Both the position numbers and the translations under genes were made by a program. A stretch of DNA of 64,000 nt from Lysobacterales bacterium (GTDB lineage: Bacteria > Pseudomonadota > Gammaproteobacteria > Xanthomonadales > SZUA-5), in the NCBI GenBank assembly GCA_022844165.1, contig JALHMH010000002.1, positions 192,001 to 256,000 on the forward strand. Direction: 5' to 3'. Of the stretch, positions 50,345 through 59,670 are shown piece by piece. The notes under the pieces were generated by a model. That model had not been told where the DNA came from. It was given only the letters and a program-made list of their open reading frames with translations, and did no database searches. Within the stretch, counting starts at the first letter, position 1. Every line of letters starts with the position of its first letter.

Positions 50345-52120
50345 ATGAACGACCGCTCCCGATTTGCTGGCGCCAGAACGCCGCCTTACAGCCTTGATGC
50401 CGAGCAGGCTGTGCTCGGTGCCTTGATGTTGTCCGACGAGGCCTATTTCAAAATCTCCGACAAGGTATCCAGCGAGGATTTCTATCGGCAGGACCACCGC
50501 ACGATTTTTCAGGCGATTTCGGCGCTGAAGGAGAAAGGCCAACCCTGCGATGCGGTGACGCTCGGCGAGTGGCTGGAACGCAACGAACTGGCCGAGAGCG
50601 CCGGTGGCATCGCCTACGTCATCGAACTGGCGAACAACACGCCGGGTAGCGCAAACATCGTTGCGTACGCGGAGATCGTGCGCGAGAAGGCGATCATGCG
50701 CCAGCTGATGGAGGCCGGCACCGAGATCGTTGACGGTGTGCTGGCGCCAGAAGGCCGCGGCAGCGAGGAGTTGCTGCAATCGGCCGAAAAGCTGGTGTTC
50801 GATATCGGTGAGCGCGGCAAGCGTGGACGGGGTACGTTTGTGCCAGTTTCCGAGGCGCTCAAAGAGGCGTATCGCACCATCGAGCATCGATATTCGAACA
50901 AAGGCACGTTGAGCGGTCTGGATACCGGTTTTGTCGACCTCAATCAGATGACCAACGGCCTGCAGCCAGGTGATCTGGTGATCGTTGCGGCACGTCCTTC
51001 GATGGGCAAAACATCGTTCGCGATGAACATTGCCGAACACGCAGCCATTCAAAGCGGCCAGCCGGTGGCCATCTTCAGTATGGAAATGCCAACCGCGCAG
51101 CTCGCGCTGCGCATGATTTCGTCATTGGGCCGCATCGATCAGCGGCGGTTGCGCAATGGCGATCTGGCCGACGAAGACTGGCCTCGCGTGACCAGTGCCA
51201 TTACGCTTTTGACCGGCGCACGGATTTTCATCGACGATACTGCCGGGCTCTCGCCATCGGAGCTGCGTGCGCGCACGCGGCGGCTGAAACGCGAGCACGG
51301 GCTGGGACTCATCGTCATCGACTACATGCAGCTGATGCAGGTGCCCGGAACACGCGAGAATCGCGCCACAGAGATCAGCGAAATCTCGCGTAATCTGAAA
51401 GCGATTGCCAAAGAGATGAACGTGCCGGTGATTGCTTTGAGTCAGCTGAACCGCTCGCTGGAACAACGAAACGACAAACGCCCGATCATGGCCGATCTGC
51501 GCGAGTGCGTGACCGGCGATACGCTTGTGGTGCTGAGCGACGGCCGGCGCATTCCGGTCGCCTCGTTGGTTGGCAAGAAACCGCGGGTCATGTGCATCGA
51601 CGCCGAGCGCACCATCGGCAGCGCGCGCGCCGAGGAGGTATACGCCGTCGGCAAACAGCCCACGCTCGTGATTGCAACCGACGCTGGCGTCACCTTGCGC
51701 GCCAGCGCAGGTCATCGCGTACTGACCGCAGAGGGCTGGAGCACCGCAGGCGAGTTGCAGATTGGCAATCGCCTGGCGTTCTGCCGGCAGTCGTTGCACG
51801 CTTGGAATTGCGAATTCGCGCACATCACCGGCATCGCCAAAGGCGGTGTCGAAACGGTGTACGACTTGAGTGTACCTGGGCCGGAGAACTGGCTGGCCGA
51901 TGGCATCGTGTGCCACAACTCCGGTGCGATCGAGCAAGACGCCGATCTGATCTGTTTCATTTATCGCGACGAGTACTACCATCAGGACTCGGCAAAAAAA
52001 GGTATCGCCGAAATCATCATCGCCAAGCACCGAAATGGGCCGACGGGCAGTCTGGATCTTTGGTTCCGCGGCCAGTTCACGCGTTTCGATTCGATTGCGC
52101 GCGAAAGCGCGTTCGACTGA
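50345..52120 (+). CDS. dnaB: Replicative helicase DnaB, intein-containing
   Basis: AEQAVLGAL, ARPSMGKT, IDYMQL, LSQLNR and IAKHRNGP. The motif DLRE|SGAIEQDAD is interrupted. Confidence 0.97.
   Translation: MNDRSRFAGARTPPYSLDAEQAVLGALMLSDEAYFKISDKVSSEDFYRQDHRTIFQAISALKEKGQPCDAVTLGEWLERNELAESAGGIAYVIELANNTPGSANIVAYAEIVREKAIMRQLMEAGTEIVDGVLAPEGRGSEELLQSAEKLVFDIGERGKRGRGTFVPVSEALKEAYRTIEHRYSNKGTLSGLDTGFVDLNQMTNGLQPGDLVIVAARPSMGKTSFAMNIAEHAAIQSGQPVAIFSMEMPTAQLALRMISSLGRIDQRRLRNGDLADEDWPRVTSAITLLTGARIFIDDTAGLSPSELRARTRRLKREHGLGLIVIDYMQLMQVPGTRENRATEISEISRNLKAIAKEMNVPVIALSQLNRSLEQRNDKRPIMADLRECVTGDTLVVLSDGRRIPVASLVGKKPRVMCIDAERTIGSARAEEVYAVGKQPTLVIATDAGVTLRASAGHRVLTAEGWSTAGELQIGNRLAFCRQSLHAWNCEFAHITGIAKGGVETVYDLSVPGPENWLADGIVCHNSGAIEQDADLICFIYRDEYYHQDSAKKGIAEIIIAKHRNGPTGSLDLWFRGQFTRFDSIARESAFD
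51506..51919 (+). mobile_element. Mini-intein (138 aa, no homing endonuclease)
   Basis: Starts CVTGDT. Block B SAGH, block F VYDLSV. Ends HN with Ser at +1. Confidence 0.95.
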
Positions 52121-52129
52121 CCGGCCTCC

Positions 52130-54175
52130 ATGCCGCTGCGCATGAAACTGCTGTTGATCGCCTTGGTAGCGGCAGTGTTTCCGCTCGCCGGGTGGCGCTT
52201 CGTCGTACAGATGGAAGCCACTCTTCGCCAGAGCCTGGAACAATCGCTGCTGGCGAGTGCCCGCACGCTGGCGAGTGCGATGCCAGCGATCGATCCACAG
52301 CTGCACTCGGCGTTGGCGACACCGGCACTGCATGCACGGCCGATGAGCGTTGATGTAGCGGTTGACGGATTTGGTGATGACTGGGGCGCCTGGCATCGAT
52401 CGCCGGAATGGCTCGCTACGCGGCGGGATGGCTTGCCGGCACGAATCATGGTCGGTATCGGCCCAAGCGCCGTAAACTTGTGGCTCGACATCGACGACGC
52501 CACGCCCGTGCATGCCGGCGCAGACGGCTCTTTCAGTGACGGCGCCGATCGTATCCACATCAAGGTGCGTGACCGTTTCGGGTTGCGCCAATGGCTGCTG
52601 CCGCGCAGTGCAGGAGGCGATCTGAGCGCCGAGCCGATGCCCGGCGATGATGGACGTCAGCCCAGCTTTGCGTTACCCGCTGCAATGCGCGAAAGCGCCA
52701 GGGGTTATACGGTCGAGTTGCGCCTGCCAATTGCCGATCCTGGCCTGACGATTGCAATTGATGCGATCGACATGCCCCATCGAGGCGCCGATCTGCCGCG
52801 CGCGTGGGCCAGTACGACCAGCGATGGCAGCTTCCGTGCGCTCGCGACTTTATGGCAAGAGACGCCGTTGATTCGCAGCCTGATTCCCACCGGAACGCGC
52901 CTGCGTGTGATCGACCGGGCTGGCTATGCGCTGGCGCGCTCGGGCAGCCTGCGTCCCGGTAGCGATACGTCCGACGATAGCGATCAGAGCGTCCTGCGCT
53001 GGCTGCGTGCGGTGATTTACCGACGCCTGATGGCGCCCACTTTGGCCGAACCCGGTGGTTACGGCTTCAACGAGCTGCAACTGAGGGCGCCGCAAATTGA
53101 TGCCGCGCTGACCGGCACGCCGAGCATCGTCTGGCGACCTGCCGCCAGCGAAGCCAGCGTCATTCTCGCCGCTGCCGCGCCGATTTTGCTCGACGGCGAT
53201 GTCGTGGGTACTGTGTTGTTGGAGCAGACCTCCGACGCGCTGCTGCTTTGGACCAATCGTGCCCTTGGCAGTTTGCTGTTGGGTGGCTTGTTGACGATGA
53301 TTTTTGCCGCCGCGATCTTGTTCGGCTACGCCGGATATCTGTCGTTCCGAATTCGCAAGTTGCGCAATGCGACCGAAGCCGCGCTCAGTGCCGAAGGTCG
53401 CCTCGTCGGTAACTTCCCGCGTTCCAGTTCGGTCGACGAAATCGGTGATCTATCGCGCAGCTTCGCCAAACTGCTGGATCAGGTAGGCACTTACACCGAT
53501 TACTTGCGCACGCTCGGCAGCAAACTCTCGCACGAGCTGGCGACTCCGCTGGCGGTGGTCAAGTCTTCACTGGAGAACCTCGAACAGGAGCAACTGCCCG
53601 AGTCTGCGCGCGTGTACGCCGAGCGCGCGCGCTCCGGCGCCGAGCGGCTCGGTGTGTTATTGCGCAATCTGAGCCAGGCTTCGCGCATCGAAAGCGCCAT
53701 CGCCACGGCCGAGGCCGAGGACTTTGATTTGCGTCAGGCGGTGATCGGCGCCGCCGCTGGTTATCGCGATCTGGCCAGCGATCGGCGCTTGGATCTGGAT
53801 ATCCCCGAATCCCCGGTTCGCCTGTTCGGCGCACCTGAGCTGATCCATCAGGCCCTCGACAAGCTGGTCGACAATGCGCTTGGATTCACGCCGCCCGGTG
53901 GTTGGATCAAACTCTCGCTTGCCGTCACGCCCAATGCGATCGAATTGGCAGTGTCGAATAACGGACCGCCGTTGCCATCACGTCTGCAAGACAAGCTATT
54001 CGACTCGTTGATTTCGGTGCGCGATGGGCGTGTCTCTACCTCGCCACACCTGGGTCTGGGCCTGTACATCGTGCGCCTCGTGGCCGAGCTTCACCAGGGC
54101 GAAGCCGTCGCCAACAACATTGCCGATGGTGTCGAGTTTCGCATGCTGATGAAAGGCATGCAGCGCGGCCGGTAA
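52130..54175 (+). CDS. Sensor histidine kinase, PdsS/ChvG-like architecture
   Basis: TM - large periplasmic region - TM - HAMP (DEIGDLSRSF) - KLSHELATP - NNGPPLP - HLGLGLYIV. Confidence 0.9.
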   Translation: MPLRMKLLLIALVAAVFPLAGWRFVVQMEATLRQSLEQSLLASARTLASAMPAIDPQLHSALATPALHARPMSVDVAVDGFGDDWGAWHRSPEWLATRRDGLPARIMVGIGPSAVNLWLDIDDATPVHAGADGSFSDGADRIHIKVRDRFGLRQWLLPRSAGGDLSAEPMPGDDGRQPSFALPAAMRESARGYTVELRLPIADPGLTIAIDAIDMPHRGADLPRAWASTTSDGSFRALATLWQETPLIRSLIPTGTRLRVIDRAGYALARSGSLRPGSDTSDDSDQSVLRWLRAVIYRRLMAPTLAEPGGYGFNELQLRAPQIDAALTGTPSIVWRPAASEASVILAAAAPILLDGDVVGTVLLEQTSDALLLWTNRALGSLLLGGLLTMIFAAAILFGYAGYLSFRIRKLRNATEAALSAEGRLVGNFPRSSSVDEIGDLSRSFAKLLDQVGTYTDYLRTLGSKLSHELATPLAVVKSSLENLEQEQLPESARVYAERARSGAERLGVLLRNLSQASRIESAIATAEAEDFDLRQAVIGAAAGYRDLASDRRLDLDIPESPVRLFGAPELIHQALDKLVDNALGFTPPGGWIKLSLAVTPNAIELAVSNNGPPLPSRLQDKLFDSLISVRDGRVSTSPHLGLGLYIVRLVAELHQGEAVANNIADGVEFRMLMKGMQRGR

Positions 54176-54421
54176 TTCCGGAACCGACCATTCGACATCA
54201 TACGAGAGCTTTGACAGATAGCCTCAGATGGCGTTGGCTCGAGAATTGCCATTCGTCGCGCTCGGGGGAGAGCACAACCACTCGAAGGGTCAGGCGGCGC
54301 TCGGCCAAACATCAGCAACCTTGCGTGCGAGCTCATCCCGAGCATGATCGCACTCCGATCAGGGCACTCGCGAAATGCAGGACGCGCTATCGTAGGCCGT
54401 CGCATCGCTTCGGCCAGGACC

Positions 54422-55240
54422 ATGACCGACAACACCGCTAGCCGTCCGCACGTCGTTGAGTTCCGCAACGTCAGCAAAACTTACGGCGAAGGCACACGCG
54501 CCTACACGGCCATCAAGAACGTGAATTTTGTGGTCGAGGACCGACCGGATCACGGCGAATTCGTCGCCATTCTGGGTCCGTCTGGTTGCGGCAAATCGAC
54601 GGTTTTTCGCCTGATTGCCGGCCTGTCGCCCCAGCATCCGCCTAGTACCGGTCAGGTATTGGTATTCGGCAAACCGGTGAACGGTGCTGGTGCGGATCGC
54701 GGCATGGTGTTCCAGGATTACACCAGCTTCGACCACCTGCGCGTGATCGACAACATCGCCTTCGGATTGGAATGCCGGGGGGTGCCATTGACGGAGCGTC
54801 GCGATCAAGCGCGCTTGTGGATCGAGAAGATGGGGCTGAACCCCGCGACCGATGCGATGAAATTCCCGCACGAGTTGTCCGGCGGTATGCGTCAGCGTGT
54901 GGCCATCGCACGCACGCTGATCCTGCATCCGCGCATCATATTGATGGATGAACCCTTCGGTGCGCTCGATCCCGGCACGCGTTATGCGATGCAGGATTTG
55001 CTGGTGAAACTCTGGCGCGAACAACAAGCCACCGTGTTTTTCATCACCCACTCGATCGAAGAGGCGGTGTATCTGGGCGATCGCGTATTGATCATGTCGC
55101 GCGCGCCGGGCACCATTCTCCATGAGCTGCGGATGGAACACTCGACGCGTCCCGCCCGCGATGTGCAGCGCGAGCCGGCGTTTCTGGAGGCCGTGTTCAA
55201 GGTGCGCGACATCATCGAGCAGCTGGAGAAACCCGCATAA
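54422..55240 (+). CDS. ABC ATPase, NitT/TauT family
   Basis: GPSGCGKST, LSGGMRQR, MDEPFGALD and ITHSIEEAVYLGDR. Confidence 0.92.
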   Translation: MTDNTASRPHVVEFRNVSKTYGEGTRAYTAIKNVNFVVEDRPDHGEFVAILGPSGCGKSTVFRLIAGLSPQHPPSTGQVLVFGKPVNGAGADRGMVFQDYTSFDHLRVIDNIAFGLECRGVPLTERRDQARLWIEKMGLNPATDAMKFPHELSGGMRQRVAIARTLILHPRIILMDEPFGALDPGTRYAMQDLLVKLWREQQATVFFITHSIEEAVYLGDRVLIMSRAPGTILHELRMEHSTRPARDVQREPAFLEAVFKVRDIIEQLEKPA

Positions 55241-55296
55241 GGACAAAGCCGACAAGACACCTCAGAGCCATTTGAATATCCTATTCAAGCCGCTCC

Positions 55297-56148
55297 TCAG
55301 GTGCGTGCCAGCAGTGCATCGACAAAGCTTGCGACGGCCCGTTCGGCAGTGTGGAAAAACAGCGAGGGTTCCGTCAGTTCCAGCTCCAGCAATTGCGGCT
55401 CGCCCTGAGGGTTCTGCAACAAATCGACGCGCGCATACAAGGGCATAGCAAAGGGCAACGCTGCCAGCACCTTGGCACCCGTGGCTAACTCCTCGGCGCT
55501 CGGGGTCCGCGGTGTGATGTGCTCGGCAGCGAACAGCGCGCGCGTCGGCTCGCCGTTGGGTGTCAGCAACGGGCCTTTGCGGATCGCGTGCGAAAACACG
55601 CCGTTGAAGTACAACAGCGACGTTTCGCCCAGCGAGTCGACTCGATCCAGATAGGGCTGCACCAATACATCGCGTCCTTGCGCCAACAAGGCTTCGCCGT
55701 GGCGCATCGCACCAACGGGATCGCCAACAAAACGTCTGGCGCCCCGCGAACCGGCGCTGACGGCCGGCTTGACGACCAGTTCTCCTGCACCAGGCAGCGG
55801 CATCGGCTGACCCACACGTACCATTGTGGTGGGCACAATCGGAACCCCGTTGCTGGCCAGCTCGAGCAAATAGCCCTTGTGCGTATTCCAGGCGACCACC
55901 GGCAACGGGTTCTGCAGCGCCGTGCAGGCAGCGACACGGTCCGCCCAACGCAAGAATTCGGGCAGGCGGTCAGTGTAGTCCCAGGTCGATCGGATCAGGA
56001 CGCAGTGGAATTGCGCGAAGTCAATGTCCGGATCGTCCCAATCGACGATGCGGTGATCCATGCCACGGCTTGCCAACGCTGCCGAAAGTATCGGCATATC
56101 CTCGTCTTTGTCGCGCGCCTCACGCGCCGTAACCAACGCAAGCGTCAT
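55297..56148 (-). CDS. ATP-grasp protein (RimK/glutathione synthase-like)
   Basis: IRSTWDY, WNTHKGYL, VVKPAVSAGS, YARVD and ELELTEPSLF. Confidence 0.85.
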   Translation of the reverse strand: MTLALVTAREARDKDEDMPILSAALASRGMDHRIVDWDDPDIDFAQFHCVLIRSTWDYTDRLPEFLRWADRVAACTALQNPLPVVAWNTHKGYLLELASNGVPIVPTTMVRVGQPMPLPGAGELVVKPAVSAGSRGARRFVGDPVGAMRHGEALLAQGRDVLVQPYLDRVDSLGETSLLYFNGVFSHAIRKGPLLTPNGEPTRALFAAEHITPRTPSAEELATGAKVLAALPFAMPLYARVDLLQNPQGEPQLLELELTEPSLFFHTAERAVASFVDALLART

Positions 56149-56337
56149 GCCGCAATCCTCACCACTCGACCAAACCCGCGATGCACAATAGCGACTGCGC
56201 AGTGCGTTAAGAAGTCGCGCAGGCGATGCGCGCAGCTGACAACCAGTGCGTCGGGGCATTCATGCACGAGAACCAGGAGAGGCTCGGCGATACGTGGACG
56301 AATAAGGTTCATCGTTGCGCACCCTATACTCGCGCCC

Positions 56338-56994
56338 ATGAGCATGTTCGAGCGCCGCCTCCCGTATTTCATCATCGCGCTAGCCATTGTGGCTGGGATG
56401 GCGGGCTTCTGGGTGAGCAAAAATCTGTATGGGCCGGTGCCTCGTGGCGATGAGTTCCGCCAGCTTCGGGGCACTTTGCTCTATCCGGCGGCGCGTCGGC
56501 TGCCTGCGTTTTCGCTGACCAGCAGCCTGGGGACGACGGTGGATCCCGCGCAGTGGACAGGCGGCTGGCGGTTGGTGTTCTTTGGTTTCACGGCTTGTCC
56601 CGATGTGTGCCCAACGACCTTAGGGACACTCAAGGTGGCGATCGCGCGGGCTCGCGAGCAGGCGCCGCAGGCTCGATTCGACGTCAGCTTTGTGTCTGTC
56701 GATCCGGAACGCGATACGCTGGATAAGTTAGCGGCATACGTGGGTTTTTTCAGCCCCGACTTCGAATCGCTCACGGGCGACAAGGCGGCAATCGACGTGT
56801 TGGTGCGTGGCCTGTCCGCGATCTACGAAAAAGTTCCGACGGGCGATGGGCCATTCGACTACACGATCGACCACACTGCCTCGATTTTCGTGATCGGTCC
56901 GACCGGCGAACTGGTCGGTTTGATGCGGCCGCCGCACGATGCACAGAAGATCACCGCCGACCTTGTCGACCTTGCCCGAGGGACCGCCCCGTGA
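56338..56994 (+). CDS. SCO family copper chaperone
   Basis: FFGFTACPDVCPT, VDPERD and IDHTAS, with an N-terminal TM segment. Confidence 0.93.
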   Translation: MSMFERRLPYFIIALAIVAGMAGFWVSKNLYGPVPRGDEFRQLRGTLLYPAARRLPAFSLTSSLGTTVDPAQWTGGWRLVFFGFTACPDVCPTTLGTLKVAIARAREQAPQARFDVSFVSVDPERDTLDKLAAYVGFFSPDFESLTGDKAAIDVLVRGLSAIYEKVPTGDGPFDYTIDHTASIFVIGPTGELVGLMRPPHDAQKITADLVDLARGTAP

Positions 56995-57887
56995 TGCGCG
57001 ATCTTGCCACCGCCCTGCAGCTTTTGTTGCCGCATCGATTGTTGTCGCGTTTGGTGTACTACGCAACGCGTTGGCGATTTGGGCCATGGAAGGCTTTGCT
57101 GATCGGCACGTTAAAGAGCGCTTACGGAATACGGCTCGATGACGCGGTGATCAAAAACACCGCTGAGTTTGAACATTTCAATGCGTTTTTTACCCGTGAG
57201 CTCAGGCCGGATGCGCGCCCCATCGCCAACGGCGCCATCGTTAGTCCTGCAGATGGTAAAGTTTCGCAAGCCGGCCTGGTCCGCGAAGGCCGGATCGTCC
57301 AGGCCAAAGGCATCGATTTTTCAGTCGAAGAGTTGTTGGGTGACGCTGCAGAGGCCGCGTTGTACGACGGCGGCCGCTTTGCGACGATCTATTTGAGCCC
57401 ACGCGATTACCATCGCGTGCATATGCCTCTGGCCGGCACGTTGCGCCGTTCGACGCACATTCCTGGCCGCTTGTTCAGTGTCGCGCCGAAGATCGTCGAA
57501 TCGATCCCTCGCCTGTACGCCCGCAATGAACGCTTGTGCCTGCTGTTCGACACCGAATATGGTCCGATGGCACTGGTCTTTGTCGGTGCGATTTTCGTTT
57601 CCAGCATACAAACTGTGTTCGAAGGCGAAGTCACTCCGCCGTATGCTTCGCGCATCCGCCACCGCGACTTCGAACCCGAACGTGCGCCGCGCTTCGCGAC
57701 CGGGGAAGAAGTGGGTCGCTTCAACATGGGTTCGACGGTGGTCGTGTTACTGCCCAAAGATGCTCCTCCGTGGCTTGAGCTGAAATCAGAAGCGCCGATC
57801 AAAATGGGCGAAGCACTGAGCGTATCACTCGCGATGCTGTCCGTCGCCACTCGAGAACCCGAGCCATTCCCAGGGGAAATCGCATGA
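56991..57887 (+). CDS. psd: Phosphatidylserine decarboxylase proenzyme
   Basis: FNAFFTR, SPADG, YLSPRDYHRVH and the FNMGSTV cleavage motif. Confidence 0.95.
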   Translation: MMRDLATALQLLLPHRLLSRLVYYATRWRFGPWKALLIGTLKSAYGIRLDDAVIKNTAEFEHFNAFFTRELRPDARPIANGAIVSPADGKVSQAGLVREGRIVQAKGIDFSVEELLGDAAEAALYDGGRFATIYLSPRDYHRVHMPLAGTLRRSTHIPGRLFSVAPKIVESIPRLYARNERLCLLFDTEYGPMALVFVGAIFVSSIQTVFEGEVTPPYASRIRHRDFEPERAPRFATGEEVGRFNMGSTVVVLLPKDAPPWLELKSEAPIKMGEALSVSLAMLSVATREPEPFPGEIA

Positions 57888-58022
57888 CCTTATGTCCCGT
57901 TGCACTTGCCGTCGGTTGTCAACGTTGCCCGATCTTCGCCGTGTGCCCGGCGAAGTCGATCATCGGCGATCAACCTAAGGCGCCTAAGAAAAAGACCGAT
58001 GCACCGAGTCGCCGCCGCTAGC

Positions 58023-58445
58023 GTCCTTGATGGAGCCGGATCTTGTCAATTGAGTCTGTTTCTTCGGAGCGGCTTTGGCTTTGGCAGCCCCCTTAAATTA
58101 AGGGGGGTGAAGATCGGCGCTTACACGCCGCAAGGCGTGTGCCGAGCCGAACGACCGGCGGCTGTGCCGCCGGGCCGGAAATGCGCGCAGTGCTCGATGG
58201 GGGTTGTGGCAAGTACGCTGTCTGGCGAAGCCAACAATGCTCGGCGGTCTGAGGCGAAGCCTCGCTATAGTCCTTGACGGAGACTGATCTCGACAAATGA
58301 GTCAAATTTTCGACGAAGCGGCTTTGGCTTTTGAAGCCCCCTTGAGTCAATTGAGTCAAGGGGACGCGCGGAGCGCGGGGTTGTTGCGAGTACGGTGTCG
58401 GACGAAGCCAGCAATGCTCGCCGGTCTGAGGCGAAGCCTCGTTAG
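58023..58445 (+). repeat. Dispersed repeat, head-to-tail tandem of a long (58023-58270) and a short (58270-58445) copy
   Basis: Both begin GTCCTTGA(T/C)GGAG and end GGTCTGAGGCGAAGCCTCG(C/T)TA. Confidence 0.93.
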
Positions 58446-59250
58446 CCTGTGGTTTCTGTCGCTGACAGCGCACGCGCAGAGCTACTTTCAGTGCGGCGAT
58501 CTGGCCGCCCTGGAAAGGGGGCCTGAGGCACTTGGCGAACGGGTCGATCGCGACCTCTGTCGGCGCAGCAACGTTCGTGGCGTCGATACGCTGCACTGCG
58601 AGGGTGTCGCGAAGTCAGCCTTCGGTCTCACAACAAGTGAGGTTTCCGCGAGTGCCGGGATTGGCGGAACACGGCGTCTGACGCTGGTGTTTCGCGCGGG
58701 CAGCGAGCGAGTTCTCGCCGCCGTGGAGCGATCGCTACCGGTCGAGTTTGAGCCCGATGGTGTCGATTGGTTCGCCATCGCGATCGATGATGTGCGTCGG
58801 CGCTTTCGGATCAGCGAGCGCGATGATGGGGCGACGCTGCTCGCATGTGAGCTGACCGGCTCTGCCAATCGCGCGCTCGGAGGCGCTATCGAAGGCCGCT
58901 TGCGCTATGAAAAGGCGGCGCGCGTGAGCACGCGGGTATGCGCGATTCCTGTCGATACCGATTTGCCACTCGCATGCCTTGAGCTGCCGCCTCGACTCAA
59001 ACAGTTCCGGATCGAGGGATTGCCGGCAGCCGCGTACTTTGTCGCCGCGTACCCGCTTCAAGACAATGCCCTCGGCATGGTGGCAGCCTATGCGCGCCGT
59101 CTGCGCGATTGCCATGACCAGCCAGGCTGCGTCGCGGCTCTGATCGTACCGGTCGAGGTGCGCGCGGGTCAGCGCTCCGTGGGAATCGACATCGAACAGC
59201 GTTTCGCCGAAGTGCCCGAACGCGTGCGCCGAGTGCGTCTGGGCCGCTGA
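58414..59250 (+). CDS. Exported hypothetical protein with several Cys; N-terminus lies inside the repeat
   Basis: Signal-peptide-like MLAGLRRSLVSLWFLSLTAHA followed by a 257-aa mature region. The frame is open upstream to 58297. Confidence 0.7.
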   Translation: MLAGLRRSLVSLWFLSLTAHAQSYFQCGDLAALERGPEALGERVDRDLCRRSNVRGVDTLHCEGVAKSAFGLTTSEVSASAGIGGTRRLTLVFRAGSERVLAAVERSLPVEFEPDGVDWFAIAIDDVRRRFRISERDDGATLLACELTGSANRALGGAIEGRLRYEKAARVSTRVCAIPVDTDLPLACLELPPRLKQFRIEGLPAAAYFVAAYPLQDNALGMVAAYARRLRDCHDQPGCVAALIVPVEVRAGQRSVGIDIEQRFAEVPERVRRVRLGR

Positions 59251-59269
59251 TCTTCAGGCAACACGCCCC

Positions 59270-59330
59270 CGAAATTGCGCAGCGCGGATTGTGGCAAGTA
59301 CGGTGTCGGGCGAAGCCAACATCGCCAGGC
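59270..59330 (+). repeat. Dispersed repeat, internal fragment
   Basis: TTGTGGCAAGTACGGTGTCGGGCGAAGCCAACA matches the other copies. Confidence 0.8.
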
Positions 59331-59334
59331 GGTT

Positions 59335-59658
59335 TTATTCGGCGCGCAACATTTCGACGAGCGGTGCCAGGACGCGGCGTTCGATCTGGAATTGTCCCTT
59401 GAACTTCTCCAACGCCTTGGCGCGCATGGCCGGCGCAAACTCACGCAGGTATCGCGTTAAACTGTTGTGGCTGTCTAAGCGATAGGCGACGACCAGCCGC
59501 TGATGCTCGCTATCTTCCTGCTCGGGCTCGACGACAAAAACCTCAGCGCTGACGAATCCGGGCAGGGTCAGCAACTCACGCACGTGCTCGCCCAGCCATC
59601 CGCGATACTCATCAGCAATGGCGTTGCGTACGGTGATGTTGACCTCATAAACAAGCAT
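59335..59658 (-). CDS. DUF4286 family protein
   Basis: MLVYEVNI...WLGEHVRELLTLPGF...YLREFAPAMR. Confidence 0.8.
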   Translation of the reverse strand: MLVYEVNITVRNAIADEYRGWLGEHVRELLTLPGFVSAEVFVVEPEQEDSEHQRLVVAYRLDSHNSLTRYLREFAPAMRAKALEKFKGQFQIERRVLAPLVEMLRAE

Positions 59659-59670
59659 CGGCAGTGTCCC

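Noticed and set aside
58023-58445. CRISPR array interpretation of the tandem repeats
   Set aside because: Units are 170-245 bp, diverged and lack unique spacers. No cas genes are present.
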